The notes under the pieces are model-generated. The model saw nothing but the letters and a program-made list of their open reading frames with translations. It was not told the origin of the DNA and did no database searches. This document shows positions 40,331 through 49,979 of a stretch of DNA of 64,000 nucleotides, in pieces; position 1 is the first letter of the stretch, and each line of letters starts with the position of its first letter. This DNA is from a virus, in the IMG/VR virus record IMGVR_UViG_3300045988_112440; one strand, written 5' to 3'. The position numbers were made by a program, and so were the translations under genes.

Positions 40331-41854
40331 GTGGAACTCATTTCAAATATCCCGAACGAAATTTTATTTGTTGGCGCAATTTACAAGCATCCTGACTATT
40401 TGGTCGAGTATGGGCATTATGTCAAGAGCAAGTACGATTTTGCCGATGAAGCAACAAAATTTTTCTACGATGCAGCGTTGATTATTTACGAAACTAGGAC
40501 TCAAGAATTTAATAAAACGTCTGTTTTAACGTTTATGGCTGAAGACGAGTCCAGATTGTCCCAGTATAAGCGGCTGAAGGGCTGGTCAACCATCGAATAC
40601 TACATGAGCCTTGCGAATGACGATGATATCAAGGGATACTTCAATATCCTGAAGAAATATTCGCTACTTCGTGAGTACCAGAGAAACGGATTTAACATTG
40701 AAGGAATCTTGAAGCATCGACAGTTTGAAATGTTTGGTGCTCAGGACATTTACAAATTGATTCGTGGCAAGGCCGACAAGATCAACACGGTTATCATTAC
40801 AAACGATGATGCTGAGATTTTGAATAATGGTCTGTTGCCAATGGTCAATGAACGTCTGAGTGTTCCTGATATGGGCTTGCCGTTCCAGTATCCTATCATG
40901 AATGATTTGTTCCGAGGATTGAAGCTGGGCACTGTGATGTTCAATGGTATGCCATCTAACGCTGGTAAGACTAGATACATGATGGCAATTGTTGCCTACG
41001 TCACATTGGTTCAAAAGCAGAAAGCTCTTCTGTTGCTGAACGAGATGGATCTTGAGTCCGTCCGGTATTGCTTACTGGTCACTGCCATCAATAATCCTGA
41101 GTTTCAAGAGCTGCATGGTCATCGCTTCCACAAGGATGAGCGAGAAATCACACTTGGAATGTACCGTGATGCAAATGGAAACTTCATCTTCCGAAAGCAA
41201 AACGAAGACGGAGAATACATAGAAAGTATTGACGAGTTCACCGCTCGTGTCTACGAGGAAAGCGAAGAGTATCGCAATGTGCTTGATGTTTGCCAGTGGA
41301 TTGAGAGCGAATCACAAGGCTTGATTATCGCAAAAGATGTTTCTGCTGATTATAGTGATAAGTCCCTACGATTTGAAATCCAGAAGGCAGCTCTTACTCA
41401 GGGAGTTAAGTATGTGTTCTACGATACTCTAAAGAACGACATTGCATCTATTGGTGAATGGGCAGCGTTTAAAGTCACAGCCACAGAGCTTGAAGAGATT
41501 GCGAAAAACCTGAAGATCTTTATCTATGGTAGTATCCAGTTGGCCGAAAACGCTCATGAGTATTTTCCTGATGAGCTGAATTCAAACAACATTGCTGAGT
41601 CAAAAATGATTAAGCATGTTGCTTGGACGATGGTTTTGTTCAAGGAGATTCCAAAAGATAAGTTCGCGAAGTATCAATACATCTCTTATGACCCTGAGTG
41701 GGGCGGTGACTGTGCCCATCGGCTGAATCCAGATAAGCGGTATTACGTTGGAAATATCGATAAGAACCGTTTTGGTGAGAAAAAGAAAATCATGTTTGAA
41801 GTGAATTTGAACCAGAATGTCTGGAAAGAGGTCGGTGTCTGCACCAGAAAGTAA
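40331..41854 (+). CDS. dnaB: DnaB-type replicative helicase
   Basis: ORF track (GTG start, 7 nt after GAGGGAGG). Walker A GMPSNAGKTRYM. DnaB-like N-terminal domain and RecA-fold C-terminal domain. Confidence 0.75.
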   Translation: MELISNIPNEILFVGAIYKHPDYLVEYGHYVKSKYDFADEATKFFYDAALIIYETRTQEFNKTSVLTFMAEDESRLSQYKRLKGWSTIEYYMSLANDDDIKGYFNILKKYSLLREYQRNGFNIEGILKHRQFEMFGAQDIYKLIRGKADKINTVIITNDDAEILNNGLLPMVNERLSVPDMGLPFQYPIMNDLFRGLKLGTVMFNGMPSNAGKTRYMMAIVAYVTLVQKQKALLLLNEMDLESVRYCLLVTAINNPEFQELHGHRFHKDEREITLGMYRDANGNFIFRKQNEDGEYIESIDEFTARVYEESEEYRNVLDVCQWIESESQGLIIAKDVSADYSDKSLRFEIQKAALTQGVKYVFYDTLKNDIASIGEWAAFKVTATELEEIAKNLKIFIYGSIQLAENAHEYFPDELNSNNIAESKMIKHVAWTMVLFKEIPKDKFAKYQYISYDPEWGGDCAHRLNPDKRYYVGNIDKNRFGEKKKIMFEVNLNQNVWKEVGVCTRK

Positions 41855-41863
41855 GGAACTACA

Positions 41864-42886
41864 ATGGTAAATATCGCAGATCTGAAAAATTACATTCTTG
41901 AAGAACAACAGATTAAGCCGATTCTGGAGGAACTTGGGTGTCATCACATCAGTCACAAGACTGGTTATTACCAGTGTGCAAATCCAGATGGTGACAATAG
42001 AACGGCACTTTGTATCTACGAGAATGAAAATCTTACTGCGGTAGATTACACACGAGATATTGCCAATGGAAAGACCAGTTATGATTTGATTTCTGTCGTT
42101 CAGTTCTTTCTGGAACTGTCTTTTCCAAAAGCCATTAAGCAAATCTGCGAATGGGTTGGTCTTGACTACTATCACAACTTCGAGGAAGACCTTCCTAAAA
42201 GTATGTTGATTCTAAAAGAACTTATCGCCATGCAAAATGAAGGTGAAGAACACGAGGATGACCGTCCGATAGTCCCCATCTCCGAAGCCATCCTCGGTTA
42301 TTACAAACCTTATGTGAACCAGATTTTTGCTGACGATGGGATATCTTATGAGACGCAGCAGGAGTTTGAGATTGGCTTTGATGAACTGACAAATAGAATC
42401 ACGATTCCAATCAGAGATGAAATTGGCACTCTGGTTGGTGTAAAGGGAAGATACTTTGGTAAACCGCCTGAAGGTGAATTAAAGTATCTGTATCTTGAGC
42501 CGTGTGCCAGAAACCGTATTCTGTATGGCCTGTATAAGACAGAGCCGTACATTAAGAATAAAGGTCTGGTATATGTGGGTGAAGCTGAAAAGTCTGTTAT
42601 GCAGATGTGGAACATGGATGTCTGCAACTGCGTAGCGACTGGCGGCAAGAAGGTTTCACAGAATCAAATTGAAATTTTGACACGTCTTTGCGTTGATATT
42701 TGTTTCGTCTTTGATAAAGACGTTCAGCTTAGTGAGCTTATGGTTCTCGCCAATCGATTCGTCGATGGCGTAAGTGTGTATGCTGTAGTAGATGATAAAG
42801 GGATTCTGGATGAAAAGGAAGCCCCAACTGATAATCCTGAAAAATTTAAGGCATTGATTGAGAATTGTGTTAGGAGAATTAAATGA
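41864..42886 (+). CDS. dnaG: DNA primase (zinc-binding plus Toprim domains)
   Basis: ORF track. CHHISHKTGYYQCANPDG zinc motif. Toprim-like VYVGEAEKSV and VFDKD. Confidence 0.75.
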   Translation: MVNIADLKNYILEEQQIKPILEELGCHHISHKTGYYQCANPDGDNRTALCIYENENLTAVDYTRDIANGKTSYDLISVVQFFLELSFPKAIKQICEWVGLDYYHNFEEDLPKSMLILKELIAMQNEGEEHEDDRPIVPISEAILGYYKPYVNQIFADDGISYETQQEFEIGFDELTNRITIPIRDEIGTLVGVKGRYFGKPPEGELKYLYLEPCARNRILYGLYKTEPYIKNKGLVYVGEAEKSVMQMWNMDVCNCVATGGKKVSQNQIEILTRLCVDICFVFDKDVQLSELMVLANRFVDGVSVYAVVDDKGILDEKEAPTDNPEKFKALIENCVRRIK

Positions 42887-44625
42887 ATGTAAAACTCTGG
42901 AAGGGGAGTAGGAATGACCTATCCGACCCGATTGGAACGATTATGGAGAACAGAGGGGTCAAGGATTATAAGACCTACATGAATCTGGATGACTCTTGCT
43001 TGAATTCTCCGTGGGAATTGGACAATATCGAGTATGCTGTCATGATGTTGAATAAACACCTTTGGAAAAAGTCTATCATCTCTATCCTTGTAGACTGTGA
43101 TGTGGACGGTTTTACAAGTGCTTCGATGATGTTTCAGTATTTGAAAGCGATTGGTTATTTTGGAAAAATCAATGTTCTGCATCATAGTGGCAAGGAACAT
43201 GGACTCTCTAAAGAAATTGAGGTTCCACCCGAAACTACCTTACTGATTATTCCTGATGCTGGCAGCAACGATGTTGAGCAATGCAAGGAACTTCGTGAAA
43301 AGGGTATTGATATTTTGATTCTTGACCATCACATCTGCGACAGAGAGAATCCTTACGCAGTAATCGTCAATAACCAGAATGGTACATATCCTAATAAGGA
43401 ACTGTCTGGTGCTGGCGTGGTATATAAGTTCCTTCAGGCTGTTGATGAGGATAATTGGACTGATGTTGCAGACCGGTATCTTGATCTGGTAGCAGTCGGA
43501 AATATCGGTGATGTCATGGATATGCACTCGCATGAGACAAAGCGCCTTTGCACGAAAGGTCTGGCACGAATTGTGAATCCGATGATTTGTGCTTTGGTTG
43601 AAGCGAATAGCTTCAACATCAAGGGTGACCCGACTATCAATGATGTTCAGTTCTACATCGTTCCGATGATGAACGCACTGATTCGCGTTGGCTCATCCGA
43701 GCAAAAGAAGCGGATGTTCCGTGCGATGGTCGGTGAAGAGCAGACTTTCCAGTACACTCCGATTCGTGGCAAGAATGCCGGTGTTACGATTGACGAGACT
43801 CTGGCGCAGCATGTGGCTCGCGAGTGCTCCTCTTGTAAGTATCAACAAAACAAGACCAAGGACAAGGCTGTCGCGGAACTTCAAAACTGGATTTCTAAGT
43901 ATGGAGCGGATAGAAGTAAAGTTTTATTTTGTAATTCCACTGGCATTCTGGACAGTAATTTGACTGGCGTTGTAGCAATCAAGCTGGCTGAAATGTATGG
44001 TAAACCTTGCGTACTACTTCGAGAGATGGCCTGCCCTGAAGAACCAGACGAAAATCAAGAGTATTTTGGTGGTTCAATGAGAAATCCTGATGGTTCTCCG
44101 ATTGAAAGTCTAAAGGAGTTTTTGATGAGTACCGGAGATTTTGAGTCGGTTCTTGGTCATGATAATGCCGCTGGCGTAAAAATCAAGAAAAAAAACGTAC
44201 CAAAGGCTATTGCGGATTGCGATGAACTGCTTAAAGATGTCACGATGAGTAAAGCAATCGTGGTTGATTTTGATTTTGACTATAGTAGGTTGACCGTTGC
44301 GTTGCCGAAGACCATGTATGAAATGCATAAAATCTGGGCACAGGGAATCTCCGAACCGTATTTCTACATTAAAAACATTCCGCTGATTCATAGTGGATGT
44401 GCTCCGATGGGCAAGAACGGTAATATGTGGAAGTATTCTGATGAAGAAAAAGGCATTGATTTTGTGTGCTTTGCTGATAATGGCCGGATGATTGGCTGGA
44501 TCAACAATGACTTCTATGGTGGTCAGGAAGAGAAATATATCAATGCTGTATGCCGGTTATCTATAAATCAGTATGGAAATAAAGTGACTCCGCAGGCACA
44601 GATTGTTGATTTTGAGGTGATTTGA
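42883..44625 (+). CDS. recJ: RecJ-like DHH-family ssDNA exonuclease
   Basis: ORF track. DHH motifs VDCDVDGFTS, PDAGSND, LDHH and GAGVVYKF. Confidence 0.75.
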   Translation: MNVKLWKGSRNDLSDPIGTIMENRGVKDYKTYMNLDDSCLNSPWELDNIEYAVMMLNKHLWKKSIISILVDCDVDGFTSASMMFQYLKAIGYFGKINVLHHSGKEHGLSKEIEVPPETTLLIIPDAGSNDVEQCKELREKGIDILILDHHICDRENPYAVIVNNQNGTYPNKELSGAGVVYKFLQAVDEDNWTDVADRYLDLVAVGNIGDVMDMHSHETKRLCTKGLARIVNPMICALVEANSFNIKGDPTINDVQFYIVPMMNALIRVGSSEQKKRMFRAMVGEEQTFQYTPIRGKNAGVTIDETLAQHVARECSSCKYQQNKTKDKAVAELQNWISKYGADRSKVLFCNSTGILDSNLTGVVAIKLAEMYGKPCVLLREMACPEEPDENQEYFGGSMRNPDGSPIESLKEFLMSTGDFESVLGHDNAAGVKIKKKNVPKAIADCDELLKDVTMSKAIVVDFDFDYSRLTVALPKTMYEMHKIWAQGISEPYFYIKNIPLIHSGCAPMGKNGNMWKYSDEEKGIDFVCFADNGRMIGWINNDFYGGQEEKYINAVCRLSINQYGNKVTPQAQIVDFEVI

Positions 44626-44626
44626 T

Positions 44627-44968
44627 ATGGGAAATTGGAAACGTGCTATCGCCATCGACTTTGATGGCACTCTCTGTGAGAATAATTATCCTGATATCGG
44701 TGAGCCAAACTGGAATGTCATTTATCAAGCAATTCAGGAACAGAAGCACGGTGCTGGTTTGATTCTCTGGACTTGCCGTGAAGGAAAGCTTTTGTATGAT
44801 GCAATGGAGGCTTGCTTTGATTGGGGTATTCAGTTTGACGCCATCAACGAGAGTCTTCCTGAGTGGAAAGAGCATTTTGGCACTGCTCCTAGAAAGGTTG
44901 GAGCTGATGAATATTGGGACGATAAGGCTGTAAAAGTAAAGAATGGAGAGTTGGTTGACAATGAATAA
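44627..44968 (+). CDS. HAD-superfamily hydrolase-like protein
   Basis: ORF track. IAIDFDGTL motif I. Confidence 0.6.
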   Translation: MGNWKRAIAIDFDGTLCENNYPDIGEPNWNVIYQAIQEQKHGAGLILWTCREGKLLYDAMEACFDWGIQFDAINESLPEWKEHFGTAPRKVGADEYWDDKAVKVKNGELVDNE

Positions 44969-45266
44969 AGTGGATAATTACGATTTGTCATTAAATTTGC
45001 TTGACAAAGCACATCAATCACTTGCACATACTATTGCAGATTTAGAACTACTTCGGGAAGGCACAGCATTTAATCAGATTTTAAATGATGGTGCTCATAT
45101 TATTGAACCGGATGAATTGACTCATATTCTTGATAAATTTGCAGAGCAGCATCCAAATTGGGAGATTTGTATCGAAACTGACCACGGATCGGTTAGTGAG
45201 AAATTTAAGATGGATCATGTTTTCTATGAAGGTATGGGAGATATGATTGTTCTTGATTTTGAATGA
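44961..45266 (+). CDS. hypothetical protein
   Basis: ORF 44943-45266, trimmed to ATG 44961. Ends at a TGA that is in frame with the next ORF. Confidence 0.55.
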   Translation: MNKVDNYDLSLNLLDKAHQSLAHTIADLELLREGTAFNQILNDGAHIIEPDELTHILDKFAEQHPNWEICIETDHGSVSEKFKMDHVFYEGMGDMIVLDFE

Positions 45267-45269
45267 AAA

Positions 45270-45518
45270 ATGGAAAAACGACGATATAGATATTACAAAA
45301 TTGATTACCGTACATATAATTATACGCTCAAGAAATATCACAACTTACACAGAGAAATCTACGCTGAAAATGCAAGAGATGCAGTTCAAATGCTAAAAAG
45401 TAAAGAGTGTAATCGTGAGTTTGAGGTTGTTAAAGTCTACTTTGTTGATATTTTCGGTGATAGAAACGATAGATTTTATCCACGAACTTATGTGATTGAT
45501 AAAGAAGATTTTGAGTGA
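45270..45518 (+). CDS. hypothetical protein (possibly a read-through extension of 44961-45266)
   Basis: ORF track. No SD in the 25 nt upstream. Same frame as the upstream ORF, separated only by TGA AAA. Confidence 0.45.
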   Translation: MEKRRYRYYKIDYRTYNYTLKKYHNLHREIYAENARDAVQMLKSKECNREFEVVKVYFVDIFGDRNDRFYPRTYVIDKEDFE

Positions 45519-45527
45519 GGTGAGTAT

Positions 45528-46289
45528 ATGGTTTACATTACAGGCGATATTCATGGTGATTTTAATCGTTTTTTAGAATTGGAAAAGTTTTGCCATGAAC
45601 ACAATCTTGGAAAGAATGACTGGATTGTCTGCCTTGGCGATGTCGGTTTGAACTATTACGGCAAGGACGACCCTCGCGAATGGAGTATTAAGACTATCGC
45701 CGCAGATATTCCTGCAAATCTGTTTTGTATTTATGGCAACCACGAACGCCGCCCTTCTCGTAAGGATGGTTATAGGACAAAGGAAATCAGTGGAGATATT
45801 TGCGGCAAAGTGTGGCATGACCCACATTATCCCAATCAGTATTTCGCTATCGATGGCGAAGTTTACCAGATTCTTGCTGATAGGAAAATTCTGAACTGTC
45901 TTGTTTGTGGCGGAGCTTATTCCGTAGATAAATGTTATCGGTTGGAGCGTGGATGGAACTGGTGGCCGGATGAACAGCCTAATGAGAAGACTAAGAAAAA
46001 GATCTGGAATATTACACATGACCCTCAAATCGATGGTATTGATGTTATGCTCACGCATACTTGTCCATTCCGGTTCATTCCAACTGAATTGTTTATCGGT
46101 GGTATTGATCAAAGCACAGTAGACCAGTCAACTGAAATATTCTTTGATAATATATACGAATGTTATCCTAACGATTGTAAACCATTCTGGTACTTCGGCC
46201 ATTTCCATGGTAACAAGTACACCGATGACTATGTGATGCTTTTCGACGATATTATTAAGTTTGGAGATAAGGTGAAGAGTGATGGTTAA
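45528..46289 (+). CDS. calcineurin-like metallophosphoesterase
   Basis: ORF track. GDIHGD, GDVGLNYYG and GNHE motifs. Confidence 0.75.
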   Translation: MVYITGDIHGDFNRFLELEKFCHEHNLGKNDWIVCLGDVGLNYYGKDDPREWSIKTIAADIPANLFCIYGNHERRPSRKDGYRTKEISGDICGKVWHDPHYPNQYFAIDGEVYQILADRKILNCLVCGGAYSVDKCYRLERGWNWWPDEQPNEKTKKKIWNITHDPQIDGIDVMLTHTCPFRFIPTELFIGGIDQSTVDQSTEIFFDNIYECYPNDCKPFWYFGHFHGNKYTDDYVMLFDDIIKFGDKVKSDG

Positions 46290-46605
46290 AGATAAAAATT
46301 TACGAGTGCTTGATTATATTGATGGCAAGGAAATACTCATTCAGATGGGAGAGGAAGGTTCGGAACTGTCGAAAGCTGCGATAAAGTTTTATCGTGCAAT
46401 CGACATGAAGAACCCAACGCCCGTAAGCATTAACGAGGCTTATGAAAACCTCGTAGAAGAATTCGGGGATGTGCTGAACTGTATTTACGCATACTATGAT
46501 GATGACGAGGATTGCATCTTGGCGTTTACATCGAAAGCGAATGAGATTGCTAACGAGAAGCGCAAGCGCTGGATTAAGCGTCTGAAGGAACGCGACCAGC
46601 TTTAA
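46282..46605 (+). CDS. mazG: MazG-like nucleotide pyrophosphohydrolase
   Basis: ORF 46279-46605. EEGSELSKA...EEFGDVLNC EExxE/D pattern. Confidence 0.65.
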   Translation: MVKDKNLRVLDYIDGKEILIQMGEEGSELSKAAIKFYRAIDMKNPTPVSINEAYENLVEEFGDVLNCIYAYYDDDEDCILAFTSKANEIANEKRKRWIKRLKERDQL

Positions 46606-46622
46606 TGGTGAAAGGAGAATAG

Positions 46623-49600
46623 ATGTCAGATAATTTTGTAAATCTTCATGTACATACAGCGCAGGGTTCGTTACTTGACTCTATTCTTACCGTCAAGGAA
46701 CTTGTAGACTTTGCCAAAGAGAATGGTCAGAAGGCTATTGCTGTTACGGACCATGGCAAGATGCACTCTTTTGTTGACCAAGTTAAAGCTTGTAAAGCAG
46801 AAGGTATTAAGCCTATCATCGGCTGTGAAGTTTATGAAGTAGATAATCAGGCAGAGAAAGCTGACACAAAAGACTATAAACAACCTCGTTACCATCTTAT
46901 TTTACTAGCGAAGAACGAGACCGGTTTAAAAAATCTATTTAAGGTTGTTTCAAATGCTTGCGTTGATGGCATGTATAAAAAGCCTCGAACTTCTTTGAAC
47001 ATCATTGAACAAAACGGGTGGGGTAAAGGTATCATCTGTCTTACGGCCTGTCAAGTTGGTCGAATGAGTAGATTGCTTGTTGATGGAAACGAGACCGAGG
47101 CATGGCAGTTATGGAACAAACTGAAATGGATCTTTGATGACGTGTTTATGGAAGTTCAGTCTCATGATACGCCAGATCAGGCTGAAGCTAATGCCAAAAT
47201 TGCAGCTTTTATCAAAAAGTACAATCTTCCGTATACTATTACAACAGATGCTCATATGCTTTCCAAGGAAGATGTTGAGGCACATTCAGTTTTTGTAGAA
47301 ATTGGAGAAGGACGAGAAGTTGGAGAAAGTTATGTTGACTGTTATCTTCAGACCGAAGACGATGTGCTGAGAACACTTTCAAAGCAGTTTGATGAAGACT
47401 TCATCCGAGAAGGCTGCTCAATGTCTGTGAAAATTGCAGATATGGTTGACGATATTGATATTGGTCTTGGTCAGCCAAACCAGATGCCAGAAGTGAAAAT
47501 TGAAGGTAAATTTGATTCGCATCTGGATTACCTGTGCTACCTTGTTTATTCTACTTTCGATGAAAAATTCGGATGGATGAGTAAAGAAGAACAGCAAACC
47601 CGGCGAGACAGAATTGAGATGGAGCTTGACGTTTTGGAATATGTTGACTACATCGACTATTTCATCATGCTGTATATGCTTTGTAAGGTGGCTGATGAAC
47701 GAGGTATCCCTCGTGGCTATTCTCGTGGTTCTGGTGCAAACTGTCTATGTCTATTTATGCTAAACGTTACGCAGATTGATTCTGTTCGTTGGGATCTTGA
47801 CTTCTCTCGTTTTGCAAATAAGGGTCGTAAGAGTCTCGCGGACTTCGACTTTGATATTAGCCGTCGTCGTCGCAAAGAACTTGTTTCTATTGCAGAAGAG
47901 CTTTTTGGAAAAGAGAGTGTAGCACCAATCGCAACTTTTAATTCTCTGTCTACCAAGGTTGCCATTAAGGATATTGGCAAGGTACTGAACGAAGATCCAG
48001 AAAGCCCATATTATATGCAGATTCCGTATGAATTGCGAAATGAAGTTGCTAAGTTGATTCCGACCGTGAAAACATTGGATGATCTCGGAGAAGAAGTTGA
48101 GAAGGAAGTTCTATTGAAGGACATTCTTGGAAAGAGCGAGCAGCTTTCTAATGTATATGATAAGTTCCCTCTGTGGTTTAAGTACGTTATGCGGCTTGAA
48201 GGTTTACCGAAGAGTATGGGTCGCCATGCTGCAGGAACTTTGATTACACCTAAGCCTGTTATTGAATATTGCCCTCTCTGTATGGATAGAGAAGGCAATC
48301 AGATGTGTCAGCTTGAAATGCACAATGCTATGGATGACCTGTCTCTAGTTAAGATGGATTTTCTTGGTCTTGAAAATTTGGACACGATTGATGACACATT
48401 AAAGATGGCCCATCTTACTTGGAAAGATGTTGATATCAACCATCTTGATTTGAATGACAAGGCAGTCTATGACGCTGTTTATAAATCTGGACACACAATT
48501 GGTATTTTTCAGATGGAGTCTGCTGAAGCTCGAAAGATGTGTGTTGAAGCAAAATGTGACAACGCCGAGGATATCATTGTTGTGAATGCAGCAAACCGCC
48601 CTGGCACTAAGGATAGCTTCCCGACGTACTGTTCCAATAAGCTTCATCCAGAGACTATCAAACTACTTCATCCTGATATCAAACAGCTTTTTGCCAAGAC
48701 TCAGTACATTCTTCTTTATCAGGAACAGGCTCTGGCAGTATTTCGTTATGCAGGATTCCCTGAAACTGAGGTTGACAATGCTCGTCGTGCCATTGGTAAG
48801 AAAAAGAAAGATGTTATGGCATCCTTGGAGGTCCAGTTTAGAGATGGTCTTCACAAGAAAGGATGGAACGATTATCAGATTTCTGAGATGTGGGCATTGA
48901 TCTTGAAACAGGCTTCTTATTCCTTCAACCGGGGCCACGCAGTTGCTTATGGGCTTCTTTCTTACCTGACAGCATACCTGAAGACTCATTATACTGAGTA
49001 TTTCATGGCTGCGTGTATGATTACTAAAGAAGATGATTCTGGCAAAATGGGTGTGTTTATCAATGAATGTGACCGGCTACATATTCGGGTTCTTCCTCCA
49101 AGTGTTAACAAGTCTGATATGGAATTTAAGGCCGATGCGGAGAAACACACAATTCTGTTTGGTTTGAAAGCCATTAAGGGAATGGGTGAGAGTGTCGCAG
49201 CAGGAGTGATTGCAGACCGTCCATATTCTGGATTGGCAGACTTTGTTCAGAGAGCAAACGGTGGCAAGATTGGCACTTCAAACGTTGTCAAGTTGATTAA
49301 GGCGGGAGCTATTCCAACAAAGGACAAGAGAAAAATCTTAATCACTTTTGCAAATATGGTTTTTGAGAACGAGTATAAAGAGAAGGGTTTTCATGAGATG
49401 GCATCTCTTCCCAAAATCTCTGTTCTTAAAGACGAATATGGGATTGACACAAATTATATTAAAGATAAGCCTACTAGACTTGCTTTATATAATAAGGCAA
49501 GAAGGGTGCGCTGGGAGGCAGATACAGAGAACCGCAAAAAGGAAAAAGACAAGAGACGAAAAGATTTCATGCAAGCGTTTGCCGAGAAATATATGCAAGA

Positions 49601-49967
49601 CGAGCACATGTGGGAATTTGAAACCCTTTCAATGTTCTTGACTAGCAATCCCATTAAGGATGCTTGTACCTATATTGATGCTGGTCTTGATACTGTAGAG
49701 GATGGCGGTAAGGCAACTGCTATTTGTGTCATCGTAGACATCCAAAAAAAGAAGGATAAACGTGGTAACCAGTTTGCATACTTACATGTTTATACGACAT
49801 GTGGTATTGTTGAAATGATTTGTTGGGCATCTCAGTATGCACGATATTCAAGTCTGATTTCAAAGGGCAGCGATCTTGCAATCCTTTGCAAGAGAAAAGA
49901 AAATTCGTACATTGTTGAGAAGATGAAGCCTTATAAGCAGTGGCTGCAAGATAGAGAGATAGCGTAA
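46623..49967 (+). CDS. dnaE: DNA polymerase III alpha subunit (DnaE-type, PHP domain)
   Basis: ORF track, 1114 aa uninterrupted. FVNLHVHTAQGSLLDS PHP motif, then FDFDIS, GRHAAG and NRPG. Confidence 0.9.
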   Translation: MSDNFVNLHVHTAQGSLLDSILTVKELVDFAKENGQKAIAVTDHGKMHSFVDQVKACKAEGIKPIIGCEVYEVDNQAEKADTKDYKQPRYHLILLAKNETGLKNLFKVVSNACVDGMYKKPRTSLNIIEQNGWGKGIICLTACQVGRMSRLLVDGNETEAWQLWNKLKWIFDDVFMEVQSHDTPDQAEANAKIAAFIKKYNLPYTITTDAHMLSKEDVEAHSVFVEIGEGREVGESYVDCYLQTEDDVLRTLSKQFDEDFIREGCSMSVKIADMVDDIDIGLGQPNQMPEVKIEGKFDSHLDYLCYLVYSTFDEKFGWMSKEEQQTRRDRIEMELDVLEYVDYIDYFIMLYMLCKVADERGIPRGYSRGSGANCLCLFMLNVTQIDSVRWDLDFSRFANKGRKSLADFDFDISRRRRKELVSIAEELFGKESVAPIATFNSLSTKVAIKDIGKVLNEDPESPYYMQIPYELRNEVAKLIPTVKTLDDLGEEVEKEVLLKDILGKSEQLSNVYDKFPLWFKYVMRLEGLPKSMGRHAAGTLITPKPVIEYCPLCMDREGNQMCQLEMHNAMDDLSLVKMDFLGLENLDTIDDTLKMAHLTWKDVDINHLDLNDKAVYDAVYKSGHTIGIFQMESAEARKMCVEAKCDNAEDIIVVNAANRPGTKDSFPTYCSNKLHPETIKLLHPDIKQLFAKTQYILLYQEQALAVFRYAGFPETEVDNARRAIGKKKKDVMASLEVQFRDGLHKKGWNDYQISEMWALILKQASYSFNRGHAVAYGLLSYLTAYLKTHYTEYFMAACMITKEDDSGKMGVFINECDRLHIRVLPPSVNKSDMEFKADAEKHTILFGLKAIKGMGESVAAGVIADRPYSGLADFVQRANGGKIGTSNVVKLIKAGAIPTKDKRKILITFANMVFENEYKEKGFHEMASLPKISVLKDEYGIDTNYIKDKPTRLALYNKARRVRWEADTENRKKEKDKRRKDFMQAFAEKYMQDEHMWEFETLSMFLTSNPIKDACTYIDAGLDTVEDGGKATAICVIVDIQKKKDKRGNQFAYLHVYTTCGIVEMICWASQYARYSSLISKGSDLAILCKRKENSYIVEKMKPYKQWLQDREIA

Positions 49968-49979
49968 GAGGGTTGTAAA

